A DNA stretch of 64,000 nt from Candidatus Bipolaricaulota bacterium (GTDB taxonomy: Bacteria; Bipolaricaulota; Bipolaricaulia; UBA7950; UBA9294). The DNA is taken from the NCBI GenBank assembly GCA_040752575.1, contig JBFMGK010000043.1, positions 1 through 64,000 of the forward strand, in the 5' to 3' direction. A program made the position numbers and the translations under genes. The notes below the pieces were generated by a model. It searched no databases. It was not told the DNA's origin and saw nothing but the letters and a program-made list of their open reading frames with translations. Within the stretch, counting starts at the first letter, position 1, and every line of letters starts with the position of its first letter. This document shows positions 58,610-64,000 of this stretch, piece after piece.

Positions 58610-58800
58610 ATCGATGACGAAGTCTGTTGCTCTCTAGACTGGTGACGGATGGAGAGCCTATCGGGTGGGCAGGTCGGGCAAGACTGGAACGACAGCAATG
58701 TCAGTTCGTGGGTCAGGTGGACCGCCCTCCCACAAGCCCGGACAGCATCTGGAGCGCAGCTCTCGCTGCAGCTCGTGTCTACGAGGTCAGGCTGGAGAGG
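58610..58800 (+). ncRNA. IS110 bridge RNA (target- and donor-binding loops)
   Basis: Target guides GCAAGACT(58678-85) and GGGTCAG(58710-16); donor guides ACAGCATCT(58742-50) and TACGAG(58780-85), each pair around an internal hairpin. Confidence 0.82.
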
Positions 58801-58848
58801 GCAGCCCACTCGAACTCCCCATCACATCTGCATGGATGGAGGTTCCGC

Positions 58849-59808
58849 ATGCACTGTATCGGTGTCGATGTCAGCAAGCAAGAGCTCGTCACGTACGACG
58901 GCGTGAGCGAGCGAGTGTTCGCCAACACGCCAGGACTCGCATCCTTTCGTCGGTTCATTGGAAGCGAGCCCGATCTGGTCATCGTCTTCGAGCCAACGAG
59001 CACCTACTCACGCCGTCTGGAGACGCTCTGCCGAACGGAGAGGATCGCCTGTTGCCAGCTCAATCCCCGGGTCGTGCCGCATTACCGCCAGGTGGGGAAG
59101 GGTCGCTCGAAGACAGACAAGACCGATGCCGAGCTTCTCTACCGCTACGGCATCGAACGCGGGCGGGAAGAAGCCGGGCAGTTGACGAACGACGCTCTGG
59201 CTCAGGCTGTGGCAGCGCGCCTTGCCTGCCACCGGGTCGTGCAGAAGGCTCGCGTCGCGTACCAGGGACTGCTCGATGCACTCGAACACGACCCAGCGAC
59301 GGAGAAGGAACTCCTTGGTGGGCTTCGCCGCGAGATCGCAGAGCTCAAGGCGCGCGAGGCACGACACCTCGAGGAAGCTCAGGCAGCCGTTGCCGTGGAT
59401 GCGGACGCCGCGGAGCGCTTTGGCGTCCTGTTATCGATCCCCGACATCGGCCCGATGACGGCGCTTACGCTGCTCGCGCTGTTCCGGAAGTACCCCGGCG
59501 TGAATCGGCAGCAGCTCGTCGCGCTAGGTGGACTCGATCCGATTCAGGTTCAGTCGGGGCCCTCAGTCCACGGCAAGTCACGGATCAGCAAGCGTGGCAG
59601 CCGTGAGGTGCGCAAGTGCCTGTTTGAAGCGACTCTGTCTGCGGCGCGCTTCAACCCAAGCATCCGCGTCATCTACCGCCGACTCAAGGCCGAGGGCAAG
59701 CCGGACAAGGTCGCACGGATCGCTGCAGCAAGGAAGCTTCTACTTCTTGCACACGCCATCTACGAAAGCGGGCAGCCATTCCGCGCTCCCGTCGAGGAGG
59801 TGAGTTGA
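58849..59808 (+). CDS. IS110-family DEDD recombinase/transposase
   Basis: IGVDVSK, FEPTSTY, KTDKTDA, SIPDIG, QSG..ISKRG, AAARKLL; GGAGG RBS. Confidence 0.96.
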   Translation: MHCIGVDVSKQELVTYDGVSERVFANTPGLASFRRFIGSEPDLVIVFEPTSTYSRRLETLCRTERIACCQLNPRVVPHYRQVGKGRSKTDKTDAELLYRYGIERGREEAGQLTNDALAQAVAARLACHRVVQKARVAYQGLLDALEHDPATEKELLGGLRREIAELKAREARHLEEAQAAVAVDADAAERFGVLLSIPDIGPMTALTLLALFRKYPGVNRQQLVALGGLDPIQVQSGPSVHGKSRISKRGSREVRKCLFEATLSAARFNPSIRVIYRRLKAEGKPDKVARIAAARKLLLLAHAIYESGQPFRAPVEEVS

Positions 59809-59825
59809 CATTCGATACAGCATCT

Positions 59826-60037
59826 GACCCCGGCACCCCTGACCCCGTCGCCCGGCGCACGGTTCAGGACCCATCAGGCGACCGACACGTGCAGCGGGAG
59901 CGGATCTTCATCCTTCTGGTCGCCTCCCCCGCAAATCGGGCGCCAGCCTGCTCGATGCGTGGCGAAGACTGAAGATCTGACCCCGTCGCCCCGATTGACG
60001 TGCTTGGACGGCGGGGGCAGGTCTTGCTATCACGCAT
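59826..60037. repeat. Cluster of family-B repeats (CTGACCCC-type)
   Basis: CTGACCCCGTCGCCC at about 59839 and 59977; inverted GGGGGCAGGTCTTGCTATCACGCAT at 60013. Confidence 0.8.
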
Positions 60038-60144
60038 CTATGGCGCTCGACAGCCGGCGTGTGGATCCGACCCTCGCATCGGTGCGGAGCAAGAAGAGAG
60101 GGCCGGCGCTGCTCAGCGTCAGCCCTCAGATGTAGCTCTGGTAG

Positions 60145-61596
60145 TTAGTAGGCGCGGGCGAAATAGGCCTTGCCGAACGCGGGCTTGTTGCAGACGGCAC
60201 AGACCTTGCCCTTCGGCTCCCACTCCGGATTCAGGTCCAGAGGGAAACACCGACTGGTTGCCTTTGTCTCTTCTTTGATCTTGTCCTCGCACTCGCGTGT
60301 GCCGCAGTGGTAGATGAGCGCCCAGCCGTCTTCGACGATCTTCTTGAGGTCGTCGTAGGTCTCGGCATCGTGCAGGTGCGCGTCGCGGAACATTCGCGCT
60401 GTCTCGAGCATCGACTTCTGGATGTCCGCAAGCAGGGTCTGGACCCGAGGAGCAAGTCCGTCGAAGGTCATGGACTGCTTCGCCTCTTTGCCAGGCACGT
60501 CGCGGCGGCAGGCCATCACGGAGCGTCCGGCGACGTCGCGCGGGCCGATCTCGAGCCGCACGGGGACACCGCGCATCTCCCAATCGTTGAAGCGGAAGCC
60601 GGGCGAGAGGCCTTCGCGCGCGTCGAGATGAACGCGAACGTCGGCGGCCTCGAGCTGAGCCTTCACTTCGCCCGCGAACGCGAAGACGGCGGCCTTCTCT
60701 TCGTCGGACTTGAAGATCGGCACGATCACGACTTGGATGGGCGCGATCGCGGGCGGCAGGCGCAGACCCTTATCGTCGCCGTGCGTCATCACGACGGCGC
60801 CGACGGTGCGCGTGGTCATGCCCCACGAGGTGGTCCAGACGAACTTGCGCTCGTTGTCGACGTCGAGGAACTGGATGTCGAACGCCTTGGCGAAGTTCTG
60901 GCCGAGGAAGTGCGAGGTCGCGCCCTGCAGCGCCCACGCGTTACCCATCATCGACTCGATGGTGTAGGTGTCGTCGGCGCCGGCGAACTTCTCCTGCGGG
61001 CTCTTGCGGCCCTTGATCACGGGGATCGCGCAGACCTGTTCGGATACCTCGACGTAGATGTCGAGGATCTTCAGCGTCTCCTCAACGGCCTCCTCGCGCG
61101 TCGCATGCGCGGTGTGGCCTTCCTGCCAGAGGAACTCGGTCGTCCGCAGGAAGAGGCGGGGGCGCATTTCCCAGCGGACGACGTTCGCCCACTGGTTGAT
61201 CAACATCGGCAGATCGCGGTAAGACTGGATCCACTTCGCATACGCCTCACCGAACAGGGTCTCGGACGTGGGGCGAACGACGAGCGGCTCTTCCAGTTGG
61301 CTTCCGCCGCCGTGTGTCACGATGGCGAGCTCGGGTTTGAAGCCCTCGACGTGCTCGGCCTCTTTTTCGATGAAGCTCATCGGGATGAACAGCGGGAAAT
61401 AGGCGTTCCTGTGCCCGGTTGCCTTGAAGCGGCGGTCCAGGGCGGACTTGATGCCTTCCCACAGCTCGTAGCCGTAGGGCTTGATGATCATGCAACCGCG
61501 AACGGGCGCGTAATCCGCCAGATCGGCCTGCTGCACGACGTCCGTGTACCAGCGCGAGTAGTCCTCGCTACGTGGGGTCACGCCTTGCGTAGCCAT
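60145..61596 (-). CDS. proS: Proline--tRNA ligase (archaeal/eukaryote-like type)
   Basis: VRGCMII.PYG, RPTSET, WEMRPRLFLRTTEFLWQEGHT, ATSHFLGQNF, C-terminal FARAY. Confidence 0.97.
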   Translation of the reverse strand: MATQGVTPRSEDYSRWYTDVVQQADLADYAPVRGCMIIKPYGYELWEGIKSALDRRFKATGHRNAYFPLFIPMSFIEKEAEHVEGFKPELAIVTHGGGSQLEEPLVVRPTSETLFGEAYAKWIQSYRDLPMLINQWANVVRWEMRPRLFLRTTEFLWQEGHTAHATREEAVEETLKILDIYVEVSEQVCAIPVIKGRKSPQEKFAGADDTYTIESMMGNAWALQGATSHFLGQNFAKAFDIQFLDVDNERKFVWTTSWGMTTRTVGAVVMTHGDDKGLRLPPAIAPIQVVIVPIFKSDEEKAAVFAFAGEVKAQLEAADVRVHLDAREGLSPGFRFNDWEMRGVPVRLEIGPRDVAGRSVMACRRDVPGKEAKQSMTFDGLAPRVQTLLADIQKSMLETARMFRDAHLHDAETYDDLKKIVEDGWALIYHCGTRECEDKIKEETKATSRCFPLDLNPEWEPKGKVCAVCNKPAFGKAYFARAY

Positions 61597-61793
61597 GCTG
61601 TCCCTCCCTTTCCTCGCGGCAAAGGTAGAAGAGCGCCGAACGCCTGACCGGGGACGGCGCTTGCGCCGACAGCGCGAGGGCCGTCGGCGTGCGGAAGTGT
61701 ACTGCCCCGATCCGGCGAAGGAAACCGACGGCCTCTTGACGAACGCCACGGGTGGACCTACGGTGAAGCATCACGCGATAGGGGGTGATCGAC

Positions 61794-62261
61794 ATGCTGC
61801 CCGTCAAGAAAGTCCTGTGTCCAACTGACTTCAGCGATCCCTCGGCCCGCGGCCTCGCGGCGGCGGTGGAGATCGCCCAGGCCGAAAACGCGGAACTCCT
61901 CATTGTTCACGTCGTCGGGACGATCCCGGCCGTTGAGTCGCCGTCCGGCGCCGCCGCCTTCGACATCGCGTCGTACCAGGACGAACTCGTGCGCAGCGCG
62001 CGCGCGGCGCTCGAGGAGCGAAGGCGTCGACGCGTTCCGGAAGGCGTCAAGGCGCGAACCCTGGTCAGCGTCGGCGACGCCGCGCACGAGATCGCGCGGA
62101 TCGCCGAGGATGAGGGTGTGGATCTCATCGTCGTTTCGACGCACGGGAAGACCGGGTGGCGGGAGAGAATCTTCGGTTCGGTGGCCGAGAAGATCGTGCG
62201 GCTCGCCCGCTGTTCCGTGTTGACGATCCCGTGTTATCCTGCGGGCTCCTGCCCGCGCTAG
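61794..62261 (+). CDS. Universal stress protein
   Basis: KVLCPTDFS, DLIVVSTHG.TG..FGSVAEKIVR.A.CSVL. Confidence 0.93.
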   Translation: MLPVKKVLCPTDFSDPSARGLAAAVEIAQAENAELLIVHVVGTIPAVESPSGAAAFDIASYQDELVRSARAALEERRRRRVPEGVKARTLVSVGDAAHEIARIAEDEGVDLIVVSTHGKTGWRERIFGSVAEKIVRLARCSVLTIPCYPAGSCPR

Positions 62262-62294
62262 AAACCCTCAACGTAAGAAGGGAACGACTAGACC

Positions 62295-62660
62295 ATGGAT
62301 CGTCAAGGGCTTCGCCGCGAGCTGTGCGGCCTGCCGGGCGCCGTGGAGACGCAGCCCTTCGGCCCGGACGTATGGGTATACAAGGTCGGTGGCCGCATGT
62401 TCGCCCTCGTTCCGACCACGGGCGCGCTGGGGGTCACGATCAAGCTCGAGCCGCCGCACGGTCAGCTCGCGCGCGCCCAGTACTCGGCCGTTGCCCCCGG
62501 GTACCACATGAACAAGGAGCACTGGAACACCGTGCAACTCGGCGGCGACGTCCCGGACGACGTCGTCCGCGAGTGGATCTCCTTGTCGCATGCCCTGGTT
62601 GTCGCCGGGTTGCCTCGGCGGGTGAGGTCTGAGCTCGCGCCAACCCGTGCGGTGGGCTAA
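62295..62660 (+). CDS. MmcQ/YjbR-family DNA-binding protein
   Basis: PFGPD..VYKVGGRMFA, PGYHMNKEHWNTV. Confidence 0.92.
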   Translation: MDRQGLRRELCGLPGAVETQPFGPDVWVYKVGGRMFALVPTTGALGVTIKLEPPHGQLARAQYSAVAPGYHMNKEHWNTVQLGGDVPDDVVREWISLSHALVVAGLPRRVRSELAPTRAVG

Positions 62661-63373
62661 GGCTTCCGCGGCGAGGTGTCGGCAGTCGATCCCGTCGCGG
62701 CCGCGGCTCCCGCCGCCTGCCACGCGAGGAACTGCTTCACGCCGCCGAGGATCCCCGCGGCCACTTTGTCTTGGTACAGAGGGTCCAACAGCCTGGCCCG
62801 TTCGTCGGGATTCGTCATGTAGCCAACCTCAAGGGAAACCGCGGGGATCCCGCAGCGCTGAAGGTACGACTCCTGCGTTCGGATCCCTCGATTCCGCGCC
62901 CCCGTCGCCGCACTGAGGCTGTCCTGAATCATCGAAGCGAAGACATACGCGGGGTCTCCATCCTTCCGCGTGGTGTCGACCCACGTCTCGATCCCGTGGA
63001 CCTGGGGATCGCCAAACGAGTTGGCGTGAACGGTGATGTAGAGCGCAGCGTTCGCCTCCTGCGCGAGCCGCACGCGCTCCTCGAGCGCAAGGAATACGTC
63101 GACGGAGCGGGTCAGGTGCGCCTTGAGATCCGGATCGGCGTCGATGAGGGCTTGCGCCTTCTTGACGATCGCGAGGTTGATGTCTTTCTCCAGCACGTCT
63201 CCCGCCGTGGCTCCCGGATCGCGGCCCCCGTGCCCCGCGTCGAGCGCGATGATGACCTCGGCGCGCTTCGTCGGGACGTCGATCCCGGAGGGGGACCGAA
63301 GAAGGAGGAAGAGCACCACGGCAACTGCAACGACGACCATCACACCTACCGCGACGTACCCTCTCTTGGTCAT
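62657..63373 (-). CDS. N-acetylmuramoyl-L-alanine amidase (Amidase_3), membrane anchored
   Basis: DAGHGGRDPGA, EKDINL, TVHANS, LEVGYMTN. Confidence 0.93.
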   Translation of the reverse strand: MTKRGYVAVGVMVVVAVAVVLFLLLRSPSGIDVPTKRAEVIIALDAGHGGRDPGATAGDVLEKDINLAIVKKAQALIDADPDLKAHLTRSVDVFLALEERVRLAQEANAALYITVHANSFGDPQVHGIETWVDTTRKDGDPAYVFASMIQDSLSAATGARNRGIRTQESYLQRCGIPAVSLEVGYMTNPDERARLLDPLYQDKVAAGILGGVKQFLAWQAAGAAAATGSTADTSPRKP

Positions 63374-63518
63374 GTGTAGAGCGTAGTCCTCGGAGGCTGA
63401 ACCGCCACGCCTCTGCCCGCGCGCAGGCGACCTCGCGTCACCGCACGCCGGGGGACGAAGTGCTAGACTTCAGGCCGCCCAAACGTCCTCGGCGGAGTCC
63501 GTCGAGGGGGAGGTCGAC

Positions 63519-64000
63519 ATGGATGGCATGGCACTCGGATTGATCCTCTCGACCCTCGCCGGATTGGCGACGGTGGTCGGAGCGGCACTGGGGATGCTCA
63601 CACGGCAGGCAGGGCCCCGCGTCTTGTCGCTCGCCCTGGGCTTCTCGGGAGGCGTGATGCTGCACGTCTCGTACGTCGAACTCCTGGGTAGTGCTATGGC
63701 TTCGGTCGGGTTCGTGCCCGCCCACATTGCCTTCTTCGTCGGCATGGGCGCCATGTTTGCGGTCGACGCGCTGATCCCGCACGACTACTTCGCTGAACAC
63801 GCAACGCGAGGCGGCGCCTCGGCACAGCAGCTCGCGAAGACCGGTCTGTTCGTCGCTCTCGGAATCGGAATCCACAACTTTCCCGAGGGGATGCTCACCT
63901 TGGCCGGCACGCTACAGGATCCCAAGCTGGGGTTCGCCATTGCCGCCGCGGTCGCCATCCACAACATTCCTGAGGGCCTCGCCGTTGCGGCTCCCATCCT
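63519..64000 (+). CDS. zupT: ZIP-family zinc transporter (partial, runs off the window end)
   Basis: LSTLAGLAT..G, LGFSGGVML.VS, IGIHNFPEG, AIHNIPEG. Confidence 0.9.
   Translation, partial: MDGMALGLILSTLAGLATVVGAALGMLTRQAGPRVLSLALGFSGGVMLHVSYVELLGSAMASVGFVPAHIAFFVGMGAMFAVDALIPHDYFAEHATRGGASAQQLAKTGLFVALGIGIHNFPEGMLTLAGTLQDPKLGFAIAAAVAIHNIPEGLAVAAPI

Larger units (their letters stand above)
58595..59825 (+). mobile_element. Complete IS110-family insertion sequence
   Basis: Flanked by CT cores (58595-96, 59824-25); removing it restores ATGCGTGATAGCAAGACCTGACCCC, whose inverted copy lies at 60013-60037. Confidence 0.9.

Noticed and set aside
61597..61790. T-box leader upstream of proS
   Set aside because: No AAxxxGGGTGGxACC T-box on the proS strand, no terminator, and the gap is short and shared with a divergent gene.

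Overview
GC-rich bacterial chromosomal segment. The style of the secreted and beta-barrel proteins suggests Ca. Bipolaricaulota or a similar diderm anaerobe, but this is inference only. It is mostly a mosaic of accessory genes on both strands: seven GNAT acetyltransferases (including two fusions and one nonsense-interrupted copy), two APH-type phosphotransferases, methyltransferases, an MFS exporter, nitroreductases, peptidases (S9, M32, M24), an amidohydrolase, a serpin and many secreted propeller/Ig/FG-GAP proteins. It ends in housekeeping genes (proS, USP, amidase, zupT). Three non-coding signals stand out. (1) A nested c-di-GMP-I (GEMM) riboswitch at 45979-46174 (-): a second complete aptamer, with C at the ligand-selecting G20 position, sits inside the P3 loop of the first, upstream of a secreted DUF4114-like protein. 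(2) A complete IS110 element (58595-59825) whose upstream bridge RNA has readable target and donor guides. It inserted at a CT core inside a dispersed REP-like repeat and forms a TTGACA-17-TACATT promoter when circularised. (3) Two families of short dispersed repeats, with relics resembling REP-associated tyrosine transposase (RAYT) ends, that sit at gene or module boundaries across the window. Start codons were refined by eye from RBS positions, and family assignments come from motif recognition, not database searches.
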